Part shown: positions 1-8,121 of the stretch, in pieces
How positions within the stretch are numbered: the stretch's first letter is position 1
Layout of the letters: every line of letters starts with the position of its first letter
Assembly (NCBI GenBank): GCA_964629505.1
Contig: CAZVQR010000002.1
Span: 1 to 28,968 of the forward strand
Reading direction: 5' to 3'
DNA from: an uncultured Candidatus Saccharibacteria bacterium
Lineage (GTDB): Bacteria; Patescibacteriota; Minisyncoccia; Phycocordibacterales; DSPV01
DNA length: 28,968 nt
Notes under the pieces: model-generated
Told to the model about the DNA's origin: nothing
Database searches by the model: none
What the model saw: the letters and a program-made list of their open reading frames with translations, nothing else
Made by a program: the position numbers and the translations under genes

Positions 1-1515
1 CAAATCAAAAGTATCGCCGATGGCGGTACCCAAAGCCACCACCAAATTTTTAATTTGTTCAGAGGCCAGCATTTTGTCCAAGCGGGCTCGTTCAATATTC
101 AAAATCTTGCCGCGCAACGGCAGAATCGCCTGAATTCTTCGGTCGCGTCCGGTTTTTGCACTTCCGCCGGCCGAATCGCCTTCTACCACAAACAATTCGG
201 ATTCGGTCGGGTCATTGGATTGGCAATCGGCCAATTTGCCCGGCAAAGTCATGCCTTCCAGCGCGCCTTTGCGCAAAACCGAATCCTTAGCCGCCTTCGC
301 CGCCTTACGCGCTTTCAAAGCCAACGCCACTTTGTTGATAATCGCTCGCGCGTCATCCGGCTTTTCTTCCAGAAAAGCGGCGAGAGCATCGCCGAAAACC
401 GCCGAGACCGCGCTTTGGGCTTCCACGCTGCCAAGCTTGGCTTTAGTTTGACCTTCAAATTGCACTTCACGAAGTTTAACCGAAATCGCCGCTGTCAGGC
501 CTTCCAAAACATCGTCGCCGGTAAAACTATCATCAGCGTTTCTAATCAAATTGTTATTCTTGCCGTAATTGTTCAAAGTGCGCGTCAGCGCGGTCTTAAA
601 ACCGGTCAGATGAGTGCCGCCTTCCGAATTATAGATATTGTTGGCAAACGGCAAAATGCGCGAGGCAATATCGTCCGTATATTGGAAGGCTACTTCCACC
701 GATTCAATGCCTTCGGCGGTTTTTTCAATATAGAAAATATTTTTATGAATCGGCTTGAAAAGTTTGTTGTAAAAAGCGATCAGCGATACCAAACCGCCTT
801 CAAAATAAAAGGTCTGCGACGGTAAATCCAAAACGAGTTCACGGAAATAAAAAACATCGGCGAGGTCAATTGGGTCAGAAAAATCTCGCGCGTCAATGAT
901 CGAAATCCGCAAACCTTTCACCAAATAGGCCTGTTGGCGCATGTGGCTGATCACCCGATTAAAATCAAAATTAATTCCTTCCTTAAAGATTTCCGGGTCG
1001 GGTTCAAAAGTGACAATCGTGCCATGTAAATTTGACTTGCCGATTTTTTTAACCGCCGCTTTTCGTTTGCCTTGTTTGTATTCTTGATAATAAACACCAT
1101 CGTCGCGATGGACTAATACTTCGCAAAAAATTGACAGAGCGTTAACCACCGAAGCGCCAACACCGTGTAAGCCGCCGGACACTTGGTAGCTTTCGTTGTT
1201 GAATTTGCCACCGGCGTGGAGTGTCGTCATAATAGTTTCCAAGGCCGAAACCTTGGTTTGCTTGTGAATGTCCACCGGCACACCACGGCCATTGTCCACC
1301 ACCCGCACCTGATTTTTTGGCAACAGAACGATTTCAATGTCATTGGCAAAACCGCCCATCGCTTCGTCGCGGGAGTTATCAAAAATTTCGGTGATGAGGT
1401 GATGCAAACCGTCTGGCCCAGTCGTGCCAATATACATGCCGGGGCGCTTGCGCACCGGCTCCAAACCTTCCAAAACCGTAATTGCTTCAGCGGTATAGCT
1501 CTTATTTTTCGCCAT
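1..1515 (-). CDS. gyrB: DNA gyrase subunit B (3' end lies outside the window)
   Basis: Manual translation from ATG at 1515: MAKNKSYTAEAITVLEGLEPVRKRPGMYIG...DNGRGVPVD...TLHAGGKF...SGGLHGVGASVVNALS...VEGDSAGGSAK...PLRGKILN; still in frame at base 1. Missing from the ORF track because there is no stop in the window. Confidence 0.93.
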   Translation of the reverse strand, partial: MAKNKSYTAEAITVLEGLEPVRKRPGMYIGTTGPDGLHHLITEIFDNSRDEAMGGFANDIEIVLLPKNQVRVVDNGRGVPVDIHKQTKVSALETIMTTLHAGGKFNNESYQVSGGLHGVGASVVNALSIFCEVLVHRDDGVYYQEYKQGKRKAAVKKIGKSNLHGTIVTFEPDPEIFKEGINFDFNRVISHMRQQAYLVKGLRISIIDARDFSDPIDLADVFYFRELVLDLPSQTFYFEGGLVSLIAFYNKLFKPIHKNIFYIEKTAEGIESVEVAFQYTDDIASRILPFANNIYNSEGGTHLTGFKTALTRTLNNYGKNNNLIRNADDSFTGDDVLEGLTAAISVKLREVQFEGQTKAKLGSVEAQSAVSAVFGDALAAFLEEKPDDARAIINKVALALKARKAAKAAKDSVLRKGALEGMTLPGKLADCQSNDPTESELFVVEGDSAGGSAKTGRDRRIQAILPLRGKILNIERARLDKMLASEQIKNLVVALGTAIGDTFDL

Positions 1516-1539
1516 ATTTTTCTTGTTTCTAACACTCTT

Positions 1540-1548
1540 ATTCTAGCA
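1540..1548 (-). promoter_or_regulatory. Extended -10 promoter of gyrB
   Basis: TGCTAGAAT ending 24 nt upstream of the gyrB ATG. Confidence 0.5.
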
Positions 1549-1609
1549 GAAAACCTCCCCCTTTGAAAGCCCTTTGGGGATAAAATTTAGTCAAAAATCA
1601 AGATAATTT

Positions 1610-1681
1610 TGGACTGGGGGGGAGTCGGACCCCCGGCCTCCGCTTTGCAAAAGCGGCGTTCTACCGCTGAACTACCAGCCC
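1610..1681 (-). tRNA. tRNA-Ala(TGC), CCA not encoded
   Basis: GGGCTGG/CCAGTCC acceptor stem with G3:U70, D arm GTTC/GAAC, anticodon arm CCGCT-TTTGCAA-AGCGG, T arm GGGGG-TCCGACT-CCCCC, A73. Confidence 0.95.
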
Positions 1682-1696
1682 GTAATAATCAGACAA

Positions 1697-2032
1697 CTAT
1701 GTGAGCTTATCAATTTTTGCTGCCAGGATAAAGTCGTTTTCGGATAGGCCGCCGACGGCGTGAGTCCAGAGCAAAACCTTAACTTCACCCCAAGCGATAC
1801 AAAGTTCGGGATGATGGCCTTCCACTTCGGCGAGAATGGCAACTTTATCAGCGAAAACCATCGCCATTTTGAAATCGGGAAACTGCCACTTTTTGGAAAT
1901 TTTCTTGAATTCAGCATCAGCGCGCCAGCCGCTTATTTCCGCCAAAAACTTTTTCGCTTGCTGTTGGCTTAACGGCAAACCGCCCACTTCGCAAACCGAA
2001 CATTTTTTTGAAACTAAATCAGTCATACTCAT
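1697..2032 (-). CDS. Pterin-4-alpha-carbinolamine dehydratase family protein
   Basis: KKCSVCEVG...F-x-DF...AEVEGHHPEL...WTHAVGGLSENDFILAAKID; start at 2032 (ATGA overlap with the ddl stop) or 2026. Confidence 0.9.
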   Translation of the reverse strand: MSMTDLVSKKCSVCEVGGLPLSQQQAKKFLAEISGWRADAEFKKISKKWQFPDFKMAMVFADKVAILAEVEGHHPELCIAWGEVKVLLWTHAVGGLSENDFILAAKIDKLT

Positions 2033-3003
2033 TTTCTCGTTAAAGCGAGAGTCAGTAAGTGTTCCAGAAAATCGGGCAAAGAGCAACCGACGGCGGCGAG
2101 GGATTTGGGCAAAAGCGATTCGTTGGTTAAACCCGGAAGAGCGTTGACTTCCAAAAAATAAATACCGCGCTTCGGTGAAACGATAAAATCCGAACGGGAG
2201 TAATGGCCAAGTCCAAGAGTTTGGTGGACCAACGCCGCCGCTTGCTGGATTGTTGCTTTTTCTTCCGGCGAGAAATTGCCCGGGCAAACCTCGCGAGAAA
2301 TGCCGGAATACTTAGCTTGATAATCAAAAAATTCCTTGTCGGCTGGCGGAATTATTTCCACCGGTAGCAACTGATAAATTTCCTCGCCCCGAAAATTTTC
2401 CACCACCCCGCAAGTCGCTTCCCTACCTTGGATGTATTCTTCCACCAGCACCGCGTCTGATTTTTCCAAAACGCCAAGAATCAACTCGCGAAAAGTTTTG
2501 AAATCACGGGCAATGCCAACGCCAATCGACGAACCGAGTGCCATTGGTTTGATCACTGATGGCTGAATAAAGGTTTGCCAAATTTCCATTATTTTTCTTT
2601 CCAAATCTGTTTCAGAATTTTCAATGACAATATGGCGCGGCATTTTCAACAGTAAGTGGGCAATAGAATTTTTCGTCATCACTTTATTCATTGCCATTGC
2701 CGAAGGCAAAGAGCGCGAACCGGTGAATGGCACGCCAAAATGTTCCAAAATTCTCTGGACTTTGCCGTCCTCACCGTATTCGCCGTGCAAAGCATTAAAG
2801 ACCACATCAACGCGGTGAAGAATATAATCCTCGCCGCGCTGGAAACCATCCATGTGCCAAGCGCCGTCTTTGGCAATGAAAATATCCCTCGGCTCATAAC
2901 GCTCGCGATTTAAGTTTTTCAAAACGCTGGTGCCGGTCTGGAGCGATACCTCATATTCGCTGGATGGTCCGCCGCGCAATACGCCAACAATGATTTTTGA
3001 CAT
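2029..3003 (-). CDS. ddl: D-alanine--D-alanine ligase
   Basis: GGPSSEYEVSL, ALHGEYGEDG, GSSIG, FFDYQAKY, LEVNALPGLT; start MSKII at 3003. Confidence 0.95.
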   Translation of the reverse strand: MSKIIVGVLRGGPSSEYEVSLQTGTSVLKNLNRERYEPRDIFIAKDGAWHMDGFQRGEDYILHRVDVVFNALHGEYGEDGKVQRILEHFGVPFTGSRSLPSAMAMNKVMTKNSIAHLLLKMPRHIVIENSETDLERKIMEIWQTFIQPSVIKPMALGSSIGVGIARDFKTFRELILGVLEKSDAVLVEEYIQGREATCGVVENFRGEEIYQLLPVEIIPPADKEFFDYQAKYSGISREVCPGNFSPEEKATIQQAAALVHQTLGLGHYSRSDFIVSPKRGIYFLEVNALPGLTNESLLPKSLAAVGCSLPDFLEHLLTLALTRK

Positions 3004-3009
3004 ATTAAG

Positions 3010-3018
3010 ATTATAGCA
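3010..3018 (-). promoter_or_regulatory. Extended -10 (TGCTATAAT) 6 nt before the ddl ATG; likely leaderless
   Basis: TGCTATAAT-CTTAAT-ATG. Confidence 0.6.
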
Positions 3019-3040
3019 GAAAACTGAATTCACATTTTAA

Positions 3041-3070
3041 TTGACATAAAAACTATCCCGTGCTATTAAT
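3041..3070 (+). promoter_or_regulatory. Sigma70-type promoter of the receiver-domain gene
   Basis: TTGACA-17 nt-TATTAA(T) preceded by TG; AAAGG upstream of ATG 3098. Confidence 0.55.
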
Positions 3071-3097
3071 TCAGTAGAACAAACGAAAGGCAATGAT

Positions 3098-3496
3098 ATG
3101 AAAATATTGTTGGTGGAAGATTATGATAGTTTTCGAAAAATCCTGAGAATCATGCTTGAATCTCGCGGTTATGAGATTGTTGAAGCAACTGACAAAGGTT
3201 CGGCTTGCCGGATAATTCAGGAATCAGTCCAAGAATTGGATTTGATTCTTACGGATTGCGACTTGCCTGCTCCCGACGAGGGACTGGAAGTTATCACCTT
3301 CGCCCAAGACATCATTGATTTTTTCGGACACAAAAATGTTCCGATGATTCTGATGTCCGGACGGGAAAAAAATGTCGCCGCCCAAACGATTGGCGCGGAG
3401 TTCCTTTTCAAACCGTTCGGGCTGAACGACTTCAAAGCTGCTCTTGACCGGGCATTGGCCAGAAACGCCGAACACGAACTTGTCGGAAAAGTATGA
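3098..3496 (+). CDS. Single-domain response regulator (CheY-like receiver)
   Basis: MKILLVED, LILTD (phosphoacceptor), MSG, FLFKPF. Confidence 0.9.
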   Translation: MKILLVEDYDSFRKILRIMLESRGYEIVEATDKGSACRIIQESVQELDLILTDCDLPAPDEGLEVITFAQDIIDFFGHKNVPMILMSGREKNVAAQTIGAEFLFKPFGLNDFKAALDRALARNAEHELVGKV

Positions 3497-3512
3497 GAAA
3501 AGTTCTTTCCAT

Positions 3513-3545
3513 ACGACCCCTCCTTCGCGGCGGGGTTGTCTTTTT
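3513..3545 (+). terminator. Intrinsic terminator between the convergent receiver gene and tgt
   Basis: ACGACCCC...GGGGTTGT followed by a T-run. Confidence 0.55.
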
Positions 3546-4746
3546 ATTTCCCGTCCAGAATTTTTTGGCGGGCAGCTTTTACTAAATGAATAATAAAATA
3601 AAGATTATGAAGGGAAGCTAAAGTGCTGGCTAAAATTTCTTTAGCCCGGAACAGATGGGCGAGATAGGCGCGAGTAAAACTTGCCCCGCCAGGGCGGGGT
3701 GAACAAACATAACAACCGCAATTTTTCTGAATTGGTGAAAAATCATCAGCAAATTTGGCGTTGGTAATATTGATGCGGCCGTGTTTGGTGTAAAGCGTGC
3801 CATTGCGCGCCATTCGTGTCGGCGCCACGCAATCAAACAAATCGCAGCCGTTCTCAATCGCCGCAATTAAATCCTCCGGCTCGCCAATTCCCAACAAATG
3901 ACGCGGTTTTTCCTCGGGTAAGATTTCATTAACCCAACGCACCGCCGTGGCAATATCTTTTTTCTCAAATGAACCGCCGATGCCGAAACCGTCAAACCCG
4001 CCCGTACGACCGAGTCCGTCCGGTCGGGCGGGATCCATTCTACTAATCGCCCGCGCGCTTTCTTTGCGCAGGTCTTCAAATCGTCCACCCTGAACAATGC
4101 CGAAAAGCATTTGTTGTAACTTGGGAGTTGAGCTCCCAAGTTGGTGTTCGGCAAACGAGCGCGCCGCCCAACGATGAGTTCGCATCATTGCTTCTTTTTG
4201 ATATTCATAAGGCGCTTCGGGCGAGGTGCATTCGTCAAAAGCGAAAATAATGTCGGCGCCGATTTTTTGCTGAATTTCAATTGATTTTTCGGGCGTAAGG
4301 CGATGCTCACTGCCATCAAGGTGCGAACGAAAAGTCACGCCGTCCTCATCTATTTTTACTAATCTAGCTTGATTAGATAGCGAAGGCGAATCCACCGAAG
4401 TTTCTCCCGTAGCAATTTTACTGGTTTTATTTTCAAAGGCGGCGCCGAGCGAAAACACCTGAAAACCGCCGGAATCGGTCATGGTCGGTCCTTGCCAATT
4501 CATAAATTTTCCCAAACCTCCGGCTTTTTCTATTCGCTCGGCGCCGGGCTGTAAATACAAATGATAAGTATTAGCTAAAACAACTTGCGCACCGAGCTCT
4601 TTCAATTGTTCCGTGGAAACAGCTTTCACGGTCGCTTTGGTACCAACAGCAACGAAAGCCGGCGTTTCAATTTTACCGTGCGGGGTTTCCAAAACGCCGG
4701 CGCGCGCCAGTGAATTTTTCTTTCGTTTTTCTATCTTAAAATTCAT
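3544..4746 (-). CDS. tgt: tRNA-guanine transglycosylase
   Basis: LANTYHL, TDSGGFQVFSL, FDEC, FGIVQGG, PRHLLGIG, FDCVAPTR, CGCYVC, SLHNL. Confidence 0.96.
   Translation of the reverse strand: MNFKIEKRKKNSLARAGVLETPHGKIETPAFVAVGTKATVKAVSTEQLKELGAQVVLANTYHLYLQPGAERIEKAGGLGKFMNWQGPTMTDSGGFQVFSLGAAFENKTSKIATGETSVDSPSLSNQARLVKIDEDGVTFRSHLDGSEHRLTPEKSIEIQQKIGADIIFAFDECTSPEAPYEYQKEAMMRTHRWAARSFAEHQLGSSTPKLQQMLFGIVQGGRFEDLRKESARAISRMDPARPDGLGRTGGFDGFGIGGSFEKKDIATAVRWVNEILPEEKPRHLLGIGEPEDLIAAIENGCDLFDCVAPTRMARNGTLYTKHGRINITNAKFADDFSPIQKNCGCYVCSPRPGGASFTRAYLAHLFRAKEILASTLASLHNLYFIIHLVKAARQKILDGK
3683..3700. repeat. 18-nt palindrome in frame inside tgt
   Basis: GCCCCGCC-AG-GGCGGGGT; adds 6 aa after the Zn-binding CxCxxC. 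Confidence 0.65.
3997..4032. repeat. 36-nt palindromic element in frame inside tgt
   Basis: Minus strand CCCGCCCGACCG-GACGGACT-CGGTCGTACGGGCGGG encodes PARPDGLGRTGG inside MD|FDGFGIGG. Confidence 0.85.
4118..4142. repeat. Palindrome with perfect 10-bp arms inside tgt
   Basis: AACTTGGGAG-TTGAG-CTCCCAAGTT (QLGSSTPKL). Confidence 0.7.
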
Positions 4747-6497
4747 TCTAAAACCGCCTTAATCCTTCGGATTCCAGCGGCAACCGCTTCTTCCTTAATA
4801 ATTTTGAATTTACCGAGAACTCCGGTGCGCGCCACATGCGGCCCACCGCAAAATTCTTTGGAAAAGGCCGTTTCCAAATTTTCGCCGATATAATAAACAC
4901 TGATTTCGTCGCCATATTTTTCATTAAAAGAATGGTAAGCGCCGGTTTGTAACGCCTTTTCTTTCGGCAAAATTATTTTTTGAACCGGTAAATTCTCGGT
5001 AATTTTTTGATTGACGATTTCTTCCACTTTCTTTTTTTCTTCATCGGTCATTTTTGCCGAATGAACGAAATCAAAACGCAACCGTTCGGCGGTAATGTTG
5101 CTGCCTTTTTGCGACACCTTGTCGCCCAAAACTTCGTGAAGCGCCTGATGAAGTAAGTGAGTAGTAGTGTGATACTTGACCACCGGCTCGCTTTCATCCG
5201 CTAAACCGCCTTTGAATTTCTGCTCGGCACCGGCACGCGAGAGTTTCTGATGTTTTTTCATCGCCGTTTGGAATTTTTCCAGATCAATTTTAACCCCTTT
5301 TTCTTTCGCTAATTCCATAGTTAATTCTATAGGAAAACCATAACTGGTAAAAAGAACAAACGGGTCAGTGCCTTTTTCGAATTCTTTCAATCCCTTATCG
5401 ATTGTCTTCTCAAATTTTTCCACTTCCGCCAAAAATTCTTTCCCAACTATTTCAGTATTTTGCCCGCCAGAATGACTTTGTCGGGCTGGCAAAATACTAG
5501 AATTGATAATCTTTTTGTAATGTTCATTATTCAATCCGAGTTTTTTACCAAATCTCACGGTACGCCGGATAAGTCGACGCAGAATATATCCCCGATCGGT
5601 GTTTGAAGGAATTACACCATCAACGATAATAAACACTGCCGAACGAATATGGTCCACTATCACCCGCTTGTCTCGCAAGTTTCCGTTCGGAAAGACATCA
5701 TTAAGCAATCTCATAATCGGTGCAAAAATATCGGTGTCATAAATATTATTCACTCCTTGTAAAACCATCGCCAATCTTTCCAAACCGGCGCCGGTGTCCA
5801 CATTTTTTTGCGGCAATTTGCCTATAACTTTGCCGTCGCGTTTTTCATATTCCATAAAAACGTCGTTCCAAACCTCCACTACTTTCCTCGCTCCATCGGC
5901 GGCGAGATATTGTTCTTTGGTCATATCGCCCAACCCTTCTTTGGTCACATCATAAAACATTTCCGTGTCGGGACCGCAAGGACCATTATCACCAGCTGCC
6001 CACCAATTAGATTTGGCGGGCAAAAAATAAATGCGATTTTCCGGCAGATATTTTTTCCAGATTTGATATGCTTCGGTGTCTTTCGAGATATTTTTATCAC
6101 CTTCAAAAACCGTCACATAAAGTCGCTTAGGGTCCAAACCGAAACCGTCTTTTTTATCGGTCAATAATTCAAAACTCCATTTAATCGCTTCTTCTTTGAA
6201 ATAATCGCCCAGAGACCAATTACCGAGCATTTCAAAAAAAGTGGCGTGAGTAGCATCGCCGACTTCGTCAATGTCCACAGTGCGCAAACATTTTTGAACA
6301 TTAACTAAACGCCGGCCGAGCGGATGCGATTTGCCTAAAAGATATGGAATCAAGGGCTGCATACCGGCACTGTTGAATAATGTGGTATTGGTAATGCCTT
6401 TTTCGTCAGGCGTTATCAAAGAAGCCGAAGGAATGATTTTATGTCCTCGTTTTTCAAAAAATTCCAGAAATCTTCGGCGAATTTCAGCGGAGTTCAT
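4743..6497 (-). CDS. alaS: Alanine--tRNA ligase, short form lacking the C-Ala domain
   Basis: LFNSAGMQPL, FFEMLGNWS, GPCGPDTE, VDTGAGLERL, HTTTHLL, EFCGGPHV, AAGIRRIKA; 584 aa. Confidence 0.96.
   Translation of the reverse strand: MNSAEIRRRFLEFFEKRGHKIIPSASLITPDEKGITNTTLFNSAGMQPLIPYLLGKSHPLGRRLVNVQKCLRTVDIDEVGDATHATFFEMLGNWSLGDYFKEEAIKWSFELLTDKKDGFGLDPKRLYVTVFEGDKNISKDTEAYQIWKKYLPENRIYFLPAKSNWWAAGDNGPCGPDTEMFYDVTKEGLGDMTKEQYLAADGARKVVEVWNDVFMEYEKRDGKVIGKLPQKNVDTGAGLERLAMVLQGVNNIYDTDIFAPIMRLLNDVFPNGNLRDKRVIVDHIRSAVFIIVDGVIPSNTDRGYILRRLIRRTVRFGKKLGLNNEHYKKIINSSILPARQSHSGGQNTEIVGKEFLAEVEKFEKTIDKGLKEFEKGTDPFVLFTSYGFPIELTMELAKEKGVKIDLEKFQTAMKKHQKLSRAGAEQKFKGGLADESEPVVKYHTTTHLLHQALHEVLGDKVSQKGSNITAERLRFDFVHSAKMTDEEKKKVEEIVNQKITENLPVQKIILPKEKALQTGAYHSFNEKYGDEISVYYIGENLETAFSKEFCGGPHVARTGVLGKFKIIKEEAVAAGIRRIKAVLE
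5463..5489. repeat. 27-nt palindromic element in frame inside alaS, same family as 3997-4032
   Basis: Minus strand CCAGCCCGAC-AAA-GTCATTCTGGCGGG encodes PARQSHSGG. Confidence 0.7.
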
Positions 6498-6539
6498 TTT
6501 TTAAATATAGCAGGAAAAACACAAAATCTAAAATGCGAA

Positions 6540-6617
6540 AACGAACCTCGCAAATTTTTGTCCGCGTCGGAGCCCATCAGCAGATGGGTTAAGCGGCGAA
6601 AATTTACGAGGTTCGTT
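6540..6617. repeat. Long imperfect intergenic hairpin
   Basis: AACGAACCTCG...CGAGGTTCGTT outer arms; inner AGCCCATC-AGCA-GATGGGTT. Confidence 0.8.
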
Positions 6618-6634
6618 GGAGCAATCAGCCTAGA

Positions 6635-6859
6635 CTACTGAGCCGGCATCGAAGACGCTTTCACGCAGTTCTTGCAATTATTCTTGTGGGTGGCAATTTC
6701 GTAGATTGCCGACAAACCAACCAGAATGTAGACGATTGAAGACAGGCCGCTGCCGAGATAAGAAACCAAATCCCAGCTACTGCCGCCCAAACCGACCAAA
6801 AGCCAATTGAGACCGCCAACTATTAGGAGAATCCAGGCGATCAAATGCAAATTTTTCAT
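6635..6859 (-). CDS. DUF378 family small membrane protein
   Basis: LLIVGGLNWLLVG...DLV...IVYILVGLSA. Confidence 0.85.
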   Translation of the reverse strand: MKNLHLIAWILLIVGGLNWLLVGLGGSSWDLVSYLGSGLSSIVYILVGLSAIYEIATHKNNCKNCVKASSMPAQ

Positions 6860-6906
6860 AATTTTTAAAAACTAAGCTAATAATACTTCGACTACTGACA
6901 GCGTCA

Positions 6907-8016
6907 TTATACCGCACTTGGCCCAAAAAAGCGCAACTCCTTGTTGATAAGAAGTGATTGGAGACCGGGCAAAGTTTCGTTCGCCAAAAAATCCAGCATC
7001 GCGCCGCCGCCGGTGGAAACGAAACTGAATTTATCTTCCAAACCAAGGGCGGTGATGGCAGCGACGGTGTCGCCGCCGCCGACTACCGATTTGGCTTGGC
7101 TTTGGGCAATCATCGCCGCCAAATTTTTGGTGCCGGTGTCAAAACCGACTTCATACTCGCCTAAGGGGCCATTCCATAAAATGAACTGGGCTTTGGAAAT
7201 AAGTTTGCGTAAAATCTCCAATGTCTTCGGTCCGGCGTCAACAATTTTTTTTCGTTCGGCGGTAATGGTGTCAACCGGCAAATGTAAATTAGATTTTATC
7301 AGCGAATTCAAATCAGGTGGCGTTTTAGAAATAAGCGAGTTGCCGACATCAAAACCTTGAGCTTTTAAAAAATCGTTGGCTAGCGCCCCGCCGACAAAAA
7401 CCAAATCATAAAGACCGATAAATTTTTTTAGGAGGGGCAGTTTAGTTTCAAATTTCGCGCCGCCTAAAATAAACAGGGCCGGGCGGGGCGGCTTGAGGGC
7501 GGCCGAAAGCCGCCGCGTTTCTTCGGCGAACAATAGACCGGCAAAACTCGGCAAAAGTCTCGGCAGACCGACAATGGAAGCATGAGCACGGTGGGAAACG
7601 GCAAAAGCCTCATTGACGAAAATTTCGCCGAAAGAAGCAAGCTCTCGGGCAAAATTTTCGTCATTGGCTTTTTCCCCGGCATTAACTCGCAAGTTTTCAA
7701 AAAAAGTAAAACCGCCGTCTTCCAAATCGGCAACATTTTTGGCCAACTCGGAAAAATTAGCCGAAAAAGACATCAAAAATCTTTTCCGTAATTCCTGCCA
7801 AACCGGCCGTAAACTGTCGCCACCCTTCCCTTCCAAGTGACTCAAGATGATTGTCCGGGCGCCAGCATTATGAAGTAGTTCCAAAGTCGGCAAAATTTTC
7901 CTAATCCGAAAATCATCAACAACCTTGCCATCTTTAATCGGCACATTCAAATCCAACCGAAGCAAAACCCTTTTGCCCGCGAGATTCTTTTGGTTTTCTA
8001 AAAGCGGTAAGTCCAT
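6907..8016 (-). CDS. pgk: Phosphoglycerate kinase
   Basis: LRLDLNVP, FENLR, NEAFAVSHRAHAS, LGGAK, WNGPLG, GGGDT, STGGGAML. Confidence 0.96.
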   Translation of the reverse strand: MDLPLLENQKNLAGKRVLLRLDLNVPIKDGKVVDDFRIRKILPTLELLHNAGARTIILSHLEGKGGDSLRPVWQELRKRFLMSFSANFSELAKNVADLEDGGFTFFENLRVNAGEKANDENFARELASFGEIFVNEAFAVSHRAHASIVGLPRLLPSFAGLLFAEETRRLSAALKPPRPALFILGGAKFETKLPLLKKFIGLYDLVFVGGALANDFLKAQGFDVGNSLISKTPPDLNSLIKSNLHLPVDTITAERKKIVDAGPKTLEILRKLISKAQFILWNGPLGEYEVGFDTGTKNLAAMIAQSQAKSVVGGGDTVAAITALGLEDKFSFVSTGGGAMLDFLANETLPGLQSLLINKELRFFGPSAV

Positions 8017-8063
8017 TAAAACTATTTTAGCAAAAAATTAAGCCGGTGTCGCTAAAACTCTCC

Positions 8064-8096
8064 AAAAAGAAACCGGTGGCCATTGCTGGTCACCGG
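8064..8096 (-). terminator. Intrinsic terminator of the 8122-8877 gene
   Basis: CCGGTGACCA-GCAA-TGGCCACCGG-TTTCTTTTT. Confidence 0.7.
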
Positions 8097-8121
8097 AGAA
8101 TTACTTGGTTGATTCTTGCGC

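Noticed and set aside
55..1566. Plus-strand ORFs 55-825, 215-451 and 1183-1566
   Set aside because: Antisense shadows of gyrB; the same applies to the many short ORFs overlapping other well-supported genes.
1697..2287. 196-aa version of the pterin dehydratase ORF
   Set aside because: The N-terminal extension overlaps ddl in another frame; the real start is 2032 or 2026.
2029..3003. Possible D-Ala-D-Lac (vancomycin resistance) ligase
   Set aside because: The omega loop reads DYQAKY with Tyr, typical of D-Ala-D-Ala ligases, and no van genes are nearby.
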